Below, in pieces: positions 1 through 11,434 of a DNA stretch of 64,000 nt. Below the pieces are notes generated by a model, which was given only the letters and a program-made list of their open reading frames with translations, had not been told where the DNA came from and ran no database searches. Position numbers and translations under genes: made by a program. How positions within the stretch are numbered: the stretch's first letter is position 1; every line of letters begins with the position of its first letter. Source of the DNA: Botryllus schlosseri (Eukaryota); assembly GCA_051294905.1 (NCBI GenBank), contig CM119371.1, positions 25,112,001 to 25,176,000 on the forward strand, written 5' to 3'.

Positions 1-2510
1 TATATTTGATGTCCCCATCGACCCTCCTATTTTAATAGGGTTACCATGCGGCCTCATTTAGGGGAGTATATGTCCTCCATTTCCCAGATATGTCACCCCA
101 TTCGCCCAAATGTACTATCTTTCTGTCGGTTTGTCCTCCTTGTTAGCTTAACATATCCAAAAAAACACCACGAGTAACGCAAAATGTGGGCCTAGATTAC
201 AAAAGTCGGGTATGTAGCTAAATCGGAAAAATGTCGCTATGATGGTATTGTGCCGGCTATTACGTGGATACGGTGGCCTGTGTAAACATGTGAATAGTAA
301 AATCGCCCCAAACTCCCGTTACATGAGAAAAGATCGAGCGTAATCGACCATGTCGGGCCCACCTTCGTACAGCCAAATGATCCAATTTCGTACCGAGAAT
401 AGCCGGGGTGGTGGTACATCATTCTCACGAGATGTACTTTGGAATGCGTGTGAAATCGTCATCGTCCGCTACTCGACTAAAGCAGAATATAGCTTTGAAG
501 TACTCAAGTAGAAGTAGTTTTAAAAGAAATGTCGGTATCGTGAAATTGCTTTCTATCCTAATTATAAAGAGTAGGCCTCCATAAAACTATCGAGCCAAAA
601 TACAGTTTCGAAGCGACCCGGTAATTTGTAAATCTTATCTATGGGTTGCGCGGTGTGGTAATTGATTAGAGAGAAGCAGACACGGCGGTGCCTGTATAAC
701 GAGGCTGTTCTCAAATCCACATTGTCTTCGTTATTATCGGGGAGATATGGCTTTGCAGCGACATTGAGGTAGTTAAAATATATTGGTTAAATACGATTTA
801 TTCCTCATATATGGGGATCAACGGGTGAATAATGTATGGATTCAGTAATTCGCCAAGTACTTCATTTTCTCCGGCCCGCCGACCGAAGGAGTTGCCCGCC
901 CCTTGTATAACACACATGTAAATGGTACAATAGCGACAGCTAACGGTTGTTAATCATCCATAAATATACAGCTAACCGGTAATACAGCCCTCAAGGATAA
1001 ACTAGGAATATCTGTGTGAGTCGCCTCGATCGACCCATGCGGCAAGTTTAGACACGAAAGTATTTTGAGGTGTGATATAATCCCAGTAATTTTACTGTAT
1101 TTTTCCACGCACACGTACCACAATCGAAAACGGGGTTCGTCCGTCTGATTCCCCGCGTTTGCCTCGAAGAAAAGTATCGGAGTGATCATTGGATCTATAC
1201 GCCAAGTCTGTCCACCACTTTTGAGTAGATATTTGGAAAGACCGGCTCGTGATCACCTCCATACAAGGTCTAATAGTTTTGCGTACAGCGAAACTTTGTA
1301 GCGACCTGCGGGCTGTGCATGTGTTGTTAGTGCAATCGTGTTTAGCCCCACAAGAACGTAATCATTTGAGGATGAATAAAATCTTACCCCACAACGATAC
1401 CAAATTTACCCCCTCAACGACTCCAACGGTATGTATTTATGTAAATTTCATATTTTTATGAAAAATCTAATCGACTACAAGATACTGTTACGTACCATCT
1501 CTTTCGGTAGGGTTTGTTAGTATTGTAAAATGATGATCGGTAGTTGTGGTCTTGACACTAGGTCTAAAAGGGTAGGGGTATTCGTTAGTGATACACCCGT
1601 CTGACGGTGGGGTATTTGACAAAATCACTCTGTTTTTACTACGGAAACCATGATCCCACTTACGAGCTCTCATCACTTGTCGTACGAATGCTTGTAATAT
1701 CGGTGTGATGTACTCAAAACAGCTGTGATCACTCGAGTGTGACGCGATCGAAGTCAGTCCTATCAGCTGTCCGAGGAAACTCGTATACTCAGTAAGAGAG
1801 AGAGAGAGAGTCTTTATTTTCATCCAACCAAAATACATAGCACACGGCAGTGATGGTAGTAAAGAAAATATGCTTGCACAGTATTCGGTATTAGATAGGA
1901 TTGATCGATAAGACCGTGAAGGTCATCTAGTCTGATCACACCAGCATCAAACAGGTACACTTGACTCTAAACAGTCTGGTTGTAAAGGTTGACGGCAATG
2001 CGATATATTTGATGTCCCCATCGATCTTCATACTAATGGGGTTGGCGTACGTCCTCCTTCTCCAGGAAAATATCCTCGCATAAATGTACTCCATTTTGTG
2101 AATTTATCTCCCGTTTTAGCTTAAAATACCCAAAAAGACCGCGAATAACGCAAAATAGGGACCTACGAGAAGCGGGTAGGGTCTATCTTGCTGTTTTCGC
2201 ATAATCCTGTTATTCAAATGTAGGATTTTGGTGTAGGTCTGGTTTATAACTTTGTAAAGTGAGGTAAACTCATTACAAAATTACTTTCTGCTTTTAAAGT
2301 CAAACGTGCAAAGAGTAAGTAATTTCACCTGAAACGGTTGAGGAGTAAGTTACAACGACTTGGATATATAGAACTAGTACCGCGTACTCGAATCAGTAGC
2401 GTCTTTTTACACCATTACTCAACCCAAATCCACAACATACCTAAAAACGTGGTGTTGTTTTGTGTATTTCAGTGAAGCAAATTCAATTCTCAAACCACTT
2501 TTCCTGTGCC
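1..2510. repeat. Left arm of giant inverted repeat (may extend past the window edge)
   Basis: Base 1 onward (tatatttgatgtccccatcg) is the reverse complement of the sequence ending at 7584. The match ends at 2510 (ttcctgtgcc) vs 5072 (ggcacaggaa). Mirror ORF pairs: 237-428/7156-7347, 950-1189/6395-6634, 1249-1461/6123-6335, 1488-1838/5737-6096. Confidence 0.97.
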
Positions 2511-5071
2511 CGATCTCAATAAAAATCGATCAAAACCTGATCACCACCTGCGTAATCAATCCGCTGTGTGTAAAATGGTATACCATGTTCGGGTCGATCG
2601 TATGTTAATTTTGCGTGCGATTTGCGTCGATCTGCTGTCGAACAGATATACTTTTGCCTACCCCTGAAGTATACAGTATTACCACGTGGTCTATATTACG
2701 GTTCAGTGGTTAGACAATACAGATTAGAGACGCCCCGTACTGATCAATATAGTCGGATACTCCCAATCTGCTCAGTCGTGGTTCTTGACTCTCCAAGACC
2801 TCTGTAAGCATCAGTCTATCTCACTGTTTGTAGTGCCAATTTCAAACTTCGTAATAGTGATCACTCGCTCATGTGTAGAATATAGAAATTGACGCCTGTC
2901 CTATTTGCACGACCTCATGGCTTTGGTAAACTTACTGCCAAGTTGGACATTGATTGATAGTTTTCTTGTTAGCGTCGATATTCGCTCGTACGTGCTTTCA
3001 TCTCTTTGAATGTTTGTTATCATCGAGGGTGGTCATAAATAGACAGTGGGACAAATTTGATGCGTTCAACACAATACGCGTTTACCGCATCTCATTCCGG
3101 ACCGTAACCGATCGTTTACCGCACCTTTTATACGATAAATGTCGCTTTTCACTCATAGGTAAGCCGATGATCTGTGAAAACACAGGCGCTAACGTGTCAT
3201 TTCGTTGTTCCTCCAACGTCACATGACCGCCTATGTAGGCTTTTGGGGTGCCCATCAATACAGTGTTGATCCATAAGGACCCCACTGTGTGCTATACGCC
3301 TCAATAAATATGTTTACTCGAGTTTACACCTGGTGTGGAGCAGTAAAGTGGGTGCAAAAAGTAGATTAGACAACACAAACCAGTTGACTACATCGATTAA
3401 TATACGTGGTTTGATCAATTTTGTCAAGTTACTTTTGAATGGATGTTATTTGTTTGTTTTTTGATGGATAAGATTGTATTCAATCATAAACTACTAATAT
3501 ACTTCTTTTGGTGCTAAACCTGATTATACAAATGAATCAAACAGTATTCCACCAATTGGGAGTAGATGCCCGTCGTCGTGATTGACCTCCTAGTTCGCGG
3601 TGGTAACGAAGAATGTATAACACAAGTGTAAATCGTACAATAGCGACAATTAACTGTTGTCAGTCGTCCACAATAATACAGCTAACCAGTATTGCAGTGC
3701 GAATACGTACTCCGAACGAAAGGTATCGAATCTCAATCGTCCTGTGATTAGAAACCCCATAACCAGGCAAGAGTTGATCAAACGTCAAAAATTGAATATG
3801 ATAAACGTAGCTTTTTTCTCACACGTAACCCGATGACGTGCGAAGACACAGCGATAACGTACCTTTGTCGTTATTATCTCAACGCTACACGACAGCGTAT
3901 GTAGCCATTGGGATGCGGTACCCGTCCACACAGTATTGAACGCGATCCACAAGGACCCCCGCTGCGTGCCATACGTTTAATTTAATATTTTTATTCGTTA
4001 CCGACACCTAGCGCGGGTACTGAAGTGGCTACACAATTGGAGTAGCCAATATAAACCGGGGCTTATTATTAGTAATTAATCGTGTCTAGCTGCTTATACA
4101 ACGAACGTCTTTTCCACCATAAACTGGTGATCGATTGCTATTACATAGGAAAAAAAATTAATAAGCGTACACAAATAAGTGTATAGTTGAGCGGTGAACA
4201 ACAGTGAACACTTATCTGTCTTTTTTTCTACAAACAACTTGATACAGATATTGTGACTTACCAGACTTACACAAACCACACCACCGTCGCAATAATGATC
4301 ACTCACTCATGCTTAGAAAGCAGAAATTGACGCCTCGATGATTATTTTTACGACCTCGTGGCCTTGGTAGGCTTACTAAAGCGGAGAAGCCACTGTCAAA
4401 TTGTACATTAAATTGATTTGTGTTCGTTCTCTTGTTAGCGTTGATATTCGTTGGTGTGTGCGTTCACGCTTTTAAAATTTATGCTGGTTTTTGGGGTGCT
4501 CATCAATATTGTTGAACGTGATCTATAACGACCCCACTGCGCGCTATACGCACGACTCGTCCTAGTCGAGTATTAGAAACGAGCATGAAAGTGGGTGAGC
4601 ATATATCGCATATAGCGATAGCCCGTTAAATTAGGCCACAAGCTGTGAAATGTTGTGTGATATGCTCGCCCGCAGTGTAGTGCACACAGTCTTTCGGTAC
4701 ATCCGATAATGCGCGTCCACACTTTCCAAACGCATAGTCACGGGGTATGGCGGGGGACCCGGAAACTCGGGACATAACTTATTAGTAATTTTACCCGATG
4801 ACGTATTTTAGCATGCGGGTCGGTTTTAATGCTTTGCCGTCGTCGTGTTTTGTCTGACGAGTGTAAAATTTCAACTAGATGTACACTGTACAATGTGTAC
4901 GCTGTACATACCCCCGATCAAGCAGTAGCGTTCAAAATGCGTTTAACCCAACGGAATACCGATAATCACGTCACTATTTGAAACTATATACAGAGCGCGG
5001 GTCAATTGGGGGAAATAACATCCATTCAAAAAAGTCACTAGTTATGAGTATGTGTTATGGTCCTGTGTTAT

Positions 5072-7584
5072 GGCACAGGAAAAGTGGTTTGAGAATTGAA
5101 TTTGCTTCACTGAAATACACAAAACAACACCACGTTTTTAGGTATGTTGTGGATTTGGGTTGAGTAATGGTGTAAAAAGACGCTACTGATTCGAGTACGC
5201 GGTACTAGTTCTATATATCCAAGTCGTTGTAACTTACTCCTCAACCGTTTCAGGTGAAATTACTTACTCTTTGCACGTTTGACTTTAAAAGCAGAAAGTA
5301 ATTTTGTAATGAGTTTACCTCACTTTACAAAGTTATAAACCAGACCTACACCAAAATCCTACATTTGAATAACAGGATTATGCGAAAACAGCAAGATAGA
5401 CCCTACCCGCTTCTCGTAGGTCCCTATTTTGCGTTATTCGCGGTCTTTTTGGGTATTTTAAGCTAAAACGGGAGATAAATTCACAAAATGGAGTACATTT
5501 ATGCGAGGATATTTTCCTGGAGAAGGAGGACGTACGCCAACCCCATTAGTATGAGGATCGATGGGGACATCAAATATATCGCATTGCCGTCAACCTTTAC
5601 AACCAGACTGTTTAGAGTCAAGTGTACCTGTTTGATGCTGGTGTGATCAGACTAGATGACCTTCACGGTCTTATCGATCAATCCTATCTAATACCGAATA
5701 CTGTGCAAGCATATTTTCTTTACTACCATCACTGCCGTGTGCTATGTATTTTGGTTGGATGAAAATAAAGACTCTCTCTCTCTCTCTCTTACTGAGTATA
5801 CGAGTTTCCTCGGACAGCTGATAGGACTGACTTCGATCGCGTCACACTCGAGTGATCACAGCTGTTTTGAGTACATCACACCGATATTACAAGCATTCGT
5901 ACGACAAGTGATGAGAGCTCGTAAGTGGGATCATGGTTTCCGTAGTAAAAACAGAGTGATTTTGTCAAATACCCCACCGTCAGACGGGTGTATCACTAAC
6001 GAATACCCCTACCCTTTTAGACCTAGTGTCAAGACCACAACTACCGATCATCATTTTACAATACTAACAAACCCTACCGAAAGAGATGGTACGTAACAGT
6101 ATCTTGTAGTCGATTAGATTTTTCATAAAAATATGAAATTTACATAAATACATACCGTTGGAGTCGTTGAGGGGGTAAATTTGGTATCGTTGTGGGGTAA
6201 GATTTTATTCATCCTCAAATGATTACGTTCTTGTGGGGCTAAACACGATTGCACTAACAACACATGCACAGCCCGCAGGTCGCTACAAAGTTTCGCTGTA
6301 CGCAAAACTATTAGACCTTGTATGGAGGTGATCACGAGCCGGTCTTTCCAAATATCTACTCAAAAGTGGTGGACAGACTTGGCGTATAGATCCAATGATC
6401 ACTCCGATACTTTTCTTCGAGGCAAACGCGGGGAATCAGACGGACGAACCCCGTTTTCGATTGTGGTACGTGTGCGTGGAAACATACAGTAAAATTACTG
6501 GGATTATATCACACCTCAAAATACTTTCGTGTCTAAACTTGCCGCATGGGTCGATCGAGGCGACTCACACAGATATTCCTAGTTTATCCTTGAGGGCTGT
6601 ATTACCGGTTAGCTGTATATTTATGGATGATTAACAACCGTTAGCTGTCGCTATTGTACCATTTACATGTGTGTTATACAAGGGGCGGGCAACTCCTTCG
6701 GTCGGCGGGCCGGAGAAAATGAAGTACTTGGCGAATTACTGAATCCATACATTATTCACCCGTTGATCCCCATATATGAGGAATAAATCGTATTTAACCA
6801 ATATATTTTAACTACCTCAATGTCGCTGCAAAGCCATATCTCCCCGATAATAACGAAGACAATGTGGATTTGAGAACAGCCTCGTTATACAGGCACCGCC
6901 GTGTTTGCTTCTCTCTAATCAATTACCACACCGCGCAACCCATAGATAAGATTTACAAATTACCAGGTCGCTTCGAAACTGTATTTTGGCTCGATAGTTT
7001 TATGGAGGCCTACTCTTTATAATTAGGATAGAAAGCAATTTCACGATACCGACATTTCTTTTAAAACTACTTCTACTTGAGTACTTCAAAGCTATATTCT
7101 GCTTTAGTCGAGTAGCGGACGATGACGATTTCACACGCATTCCAAAGTACATCTCGTGAGAATGATGTACCACCACCCCGGCTATTCTCGGTACGAAATT
7201 GGATCATTTGGCTGTAAGAAGGTGGGCCCGACATGGTCGATTACGCTCGATCGTTTCTCATGTAACGGGAGTTTGGGGCGATTTTACTATTCACATGTTT
7301 ACACAGGCCACCGTATCCACGTAATAGCCTGCACAATACCATCATAGCGACATTTTTCCGATTTAGCTACATACCCGACTTTTGTAATCTAGGCCCACAT
7401 TTTGCGTTACTCGTGGTGTTTTTTTTGGATATGTTAAGCTAACAAGGAGGACAAACCGACAGAAAGATAGTACATTTGGGCGAATGGGGTGACATATCTG
7501 GGAAATGGAGGACATATACTCCCCTAAATGAGGCCGCATGGTAACCCTATTAAAATAGGAGGGTCGATGGGGACATCAAATATA
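5072..7584. repeat. Right arm of giant inverted repeat
   Basis: Reverse complement of 1-2510 with only a few substitutions and two slippage indels ((AG)8 vs (CT)9; one A/T run). Confidence 0.97.
6679..7040 (+). mobile_element. Partial hAT-type MITE inside the palindrome arm (mirror copy at ~545-906)
   Basis: Starts caaggggcgggcaac and aligns by eye for ~300 bp with the TIR/TSD-bounded MITE at 36058-37177. Confidence 0.7.
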
Positions 7585-8197
7585 TCGCACTGTGTTGCTG
7601 ACAACCCGAAAACGCGAGTTTTTGTCAAGTCGCAGATTGATGACTGACAGCGATTGTGTCACGCTCGATTGATCACAGCTGATTTACGTACATCACACCG
7701 CATCGTTGACCGTTGACCGCATGTTGACCGATAAAGTTATTGTCATCGTGATACAATTTTTATCAATATACTCCTTGAGGTGCCAAATCTGATCGCACTA
7801 ATAACACCTGTATAGACGAATCAAACAGAATTCCGCCAAAGGGGCGATACCAAGTCTCTTTGTACGTGAATTATTATACAACGACACCTATATTACAGCA
7901 GAAAAATCTTGTCTGGACGGAGGAGGTCACGAAACATCTCCGGACCCGGCACAGATTTCATCAGTTTTCAGCGAAGCCAGACTGGATGCGGCCAAATGGC
8001 CTTGAGAGTCGGATTTATGCTGTATTTTGCCCTCGCAACATGTGAAAATAACAGGACTTTACGTGCTAGCCGGATTTTTTGGACTTTGAATTAGCAACCC
8101 GAGTATAATCTGTCACAATTCATTCCCATTATTGCACCACCGAGCGCGTTTCAGTCAAATAAGGTCAGCCCATATTGCAGTTCAAGCATGTGCAGTA

Positions 8198-8306
8198 ATG
8201 ATTACGTCATTATGATTGGTAGTTGATTACTCTAGTTATTACGAGAGCGGCTTTGCTTGGTTCCGGTTCAGTAACGCTGAGATATGATTACGTCATTATT
8301 GCGTAA
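8198..8306 (+). promoter_or_regulatory. Duplicated 16-mer with CRE/ATF-like core plus a C/EBP-like site upstream of the death-domain ORF
   Basis: ATGATTACGTCATTAT at 8198-8213 and 8284-8299; TTGCGTAA immediately after the second copy; TATATAA at ~8353. Confidence 0.45.
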
Positions 8307-8407
8307 GTTGATCGCCTTATTTGTTATTGTAGTTGAACCAAGTGCAAGGCAATATATAACGTGTAATATTTATTACATGATTGTTCGCTGTACACTGTAG
8401 ATCGAAT

Positions 8408-8689
8408 ATGTCCAAGATTACTGCTAGTGATATATACGTCACATTGGATCGGATTGACCCGATGAACTGGTATAGGTTTGCACGTGAAAAACTTGAGCTA
8501 TCTGACAATGAAATTGCCGAATGCCAATACACGGATTGCTATAACTTGACTGAGCAACGATATCAAATGATACAGTTATGGATTCGTAAAAATGGTCGTT
8601 ACGCTACGATGAACAAACTTAAAGAATTAGTTTACAGTTGTCTGTATCAGATACCTTCGAATAGCAATTCAACTGTTCTGTTGGATTGA
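8408..8689 (+). CDS. Death domain protein (93 aa; stand-alone gene or terminal exon)
   Basis: MSKITASDIYVTLDRIDPMNWYRFAREKLELSDNEIAECQYTDCYNLTEQRYQMIQLWIRKNGRYATMNKLKELV matches the death-domain pattern W..(F/L)AR.L.L....I......EQ.YQML..W....G..AT...L. ATG at 8408, with a possible acceptor AG at 8399-8400. Confidence 0.85.
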   Translation: MSKITASDIYVTLDRIDPMNWYRFAREKLELSDNEIAECQYTDCYNLTEQRYQMIQLWIRKNGRYATMNKLKELVYSCLYQIPSNSNSTVLLD

Positions 8690-8998
8690 GAGACATAGCG
8701 TACTAAGAGGAGAATAATATTGTGTAGACTGGAGAATAATGAAGATGCTCTCAGAAGACTTCAATATCGGTTTATACGCAATCATATGCTGATCTATGCG
8801 AAACTGGTATTGCTTTCACATCGCAAATCAAAAAAAGGATTCTGATATCAAGAAAGTATGCCAAGCTCTGAAAGAAGCTCTACACCTTGTTCTGGACGAT
8901 TAGTTAATGTGCTTGCCCCGTTATTACTTCAAATAAACTGAACATGTGTATTTAATTGTGTAAAATGTGTTATTCGCACGTGGCGACGATTCCCACAG

Positions 8999-9434
8999 AT
9001 CATTTCTCCTCACTATTTAAGTCAACAAAAAAGCAAAAGGCGGACAAGTACGACAGTATGAGACAGACCACAAGCATCACTTTACACAGCCGGACGTATG
9101 GACACCTAAAACACGCACCAGAATATAACGGATCAGAAGAAAACTATACTGACGTCACGACCGGTAATTATTCCTATGACCCACCGTACACGAAATTGAA
9201 TCAACCGCGGAACGACGAGTCAACCAGTTTGACGGGTTATTGCTCCCAAGCCACGAAATTGTACCACGAGACGACGGGTCAGGGCAGGCAACTATTATCA
9301 ACCCCCGTCCAGGATCTCATGGATCAGAAGAATACTATACTGACGTCACGACCGGCAATTATTCCTATGACCCCCCGTACACGAAATTGAATCAAACGCG
9401 GATCGACAAGTCATCCAGGGGATTTGACGGGTAA
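8999..9434 (+). pseudogene. Tyrosine-motif-rich exon-like segment with an internal frameshifting duplication
   Basis: Acceptor ttcccacag at 8998, then YDSM, TYGHL, ENYTDV, PPYTKL. The peptide GSEE.YTDVTTGNYSYDPPYTKLNQ occurs twice, in different frames (ORFs 8956-9390 and 9240-9434). Confidence 0.4.
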
Positions 9435-9490
9435 TTATTCCCAAGACTCGTCCTTGGATTGACCATGGACCGATAGGTCAGGACAGGCCA
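9130..9490 (+). repeat. Tandem duplication, period 191 bp, about two copies
   Basis: gatcagaaga...tatactgacgtcacgaccgg...attattcctatgac...cgtacacgaaattgaatcaa at 9131 and 9322. Confidence 0.9.
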
Positions 9491-11434
9491 GGTCTCGTGT
9501 CCAGAGGTCAAGCGAGGTAAAATCAGGAGTGGAAAAGTACAAGTAGAAGTACTCCAGTCTCATGTCTGAGTACAAAGGTCAATCCAGATTCTTTGTTCGT
9601 TTTCTCTCTATCGTTAATTATTCCCCCTTTTTTTATTGCCGCACAAAAGGTCATAAAAGTATTGCTGCAAAATTGAGAATGAGCTAATTCTTTCAGTATC
9701 TTTTATATTGATAATTCTTGTTTGTTTAAGTTAAATCGTGTTTTGGCACATTCCGCCCATTTATATACTACTCACGCTTCTCTATTCAAACTTACGTCAT
9801 CACAGCTATAACCCCCACGTAAACTCATATTTATCTAAAATATTCTGATCAGAAGATGCATTAATGATGTATACAAAAATTATTAGCGAAACCGGAGCAT
9901 GCTAAATAAGTCGATATATCAGGAATCGTATGTAGAAATATAGGCTCGGTTTAAAATTGGCCTATATGTCGAATATACAAACATAAATATCAAATTTCAA
10001 CATCATATCTTATAAACAAGTGAGGGTATGATAATAGTGGCAGTATGCACTATTTTATTATAACGCAAAGCAAAATTAATTCAGACTAATATCTCTTAAA
10101 TATTTTTCATATTGCTTTAACTAGTATGTTACTATGGTTACTGTATTTGTTATACATCTGTGATTATTATTTTCTTCTATGTTGCAGACTGTCCACTGTT
10201 ATATTTATTTAAATGAATACACTCGATTACTTCACTGCCATGGAGGTGACGAGTAACGAGGCCTTCATAGCCCATATCGTCACCTCCAGTCAAACTTTTA
10301 TGTTTGACGAAGCAATAAATGTCTGTCTGACTGTCTTTTTTACCAGCCGGAAACTGCTCGCAAGATAAGTTTGAATGCCGAGACGGAGGTACATGCATTC
10401 GTGTTTCGGATTTCTGCGATGGAATCAAGCAGTGCAAGTATTATAGTTGATTTCAGCATTTTCTGAAGCATCTCTTTTCTTAGTGTGCACATCGTAAGTA
10501 GAGGTCAGCGGTAGGGTGTCATTTGGAATGTCCAGGATGTCACGAGAAGACGTGATACTACGCCCAATCATCTTAAATCTGTTACGTGCGTATTTTATGT
10601 ACTGAAACCCATTGATGTTGCAATTCAGTTTGTCCTGACGCCAGGCCAATGATTTCTGACAGCATTATTGAATGATGTTTACATTTCTCGGATGAACGCG
10701 ATAATAAGTTTTATAATTCTTATGTTAGCCGAGTTTCCGTGTACATCAGTTTTCTCACATCCCAGTTATTATATCGGATTATTGCAGGCAGACACCAGCG
10801 GTACATGTTGAAATTAATCGCCAGGACTTTATTTGAATATTGTCGTATAATATTTCAGAATAGCTTTTTTATATAAGAAACCAACGCATTAATATTGTAA
10901 TATTATACTAAGGTTACCCTATGTCCTCAGTTAGCAGGATTCTCTCTCCTATTTTAGGAAATAGAAAATGTCCTCAGAGGATGCCTAAATGTCCTCTGTT
11001 TTTGAAATTTGTCTTCCTTATAGATTTGAAAGGCTTAACTGAAACGCCCTAAATGACGCGAATCTGTAATGTGGACGTTCCAGCGGGTCATTCTGGAGTA
11101 TAGGACCGGAGTATGACTTTTTTTAATTTTGCACAGGATTATCGTTAAAAAGTTGGAAATTCGGGCGACGAATCGGAATTACGAATGTTCTTTTAATCAA
11201 CACAACAAGATTTCCAGTATGGGTTTAGGAATCTGCAGATTTCTAGTGTGCGCCTGCAATAAGCTCACAGGAAAGTCGTTAAGATTTGTCTAAATGCGTT
11301 TGAAGTGGCTGCTGTAAAGTGGGCGTACCAGCGACCATAGAACGGCGAGAAGACTAGTAATCACGAAATCACAGCGCTTGATTGGGTAATCGGCTATGCT
11401 TGAATGATTACCACAGTGGCGGTTTGCTGATCAG

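Noticed and set aside
1..8000. Polinton/Maverick or endogenous virus
   Set aside because: No polB, integrase, capsid or ATPase motif is recognisable in any frame I read; kept only as a hypothesis for the palindrome.
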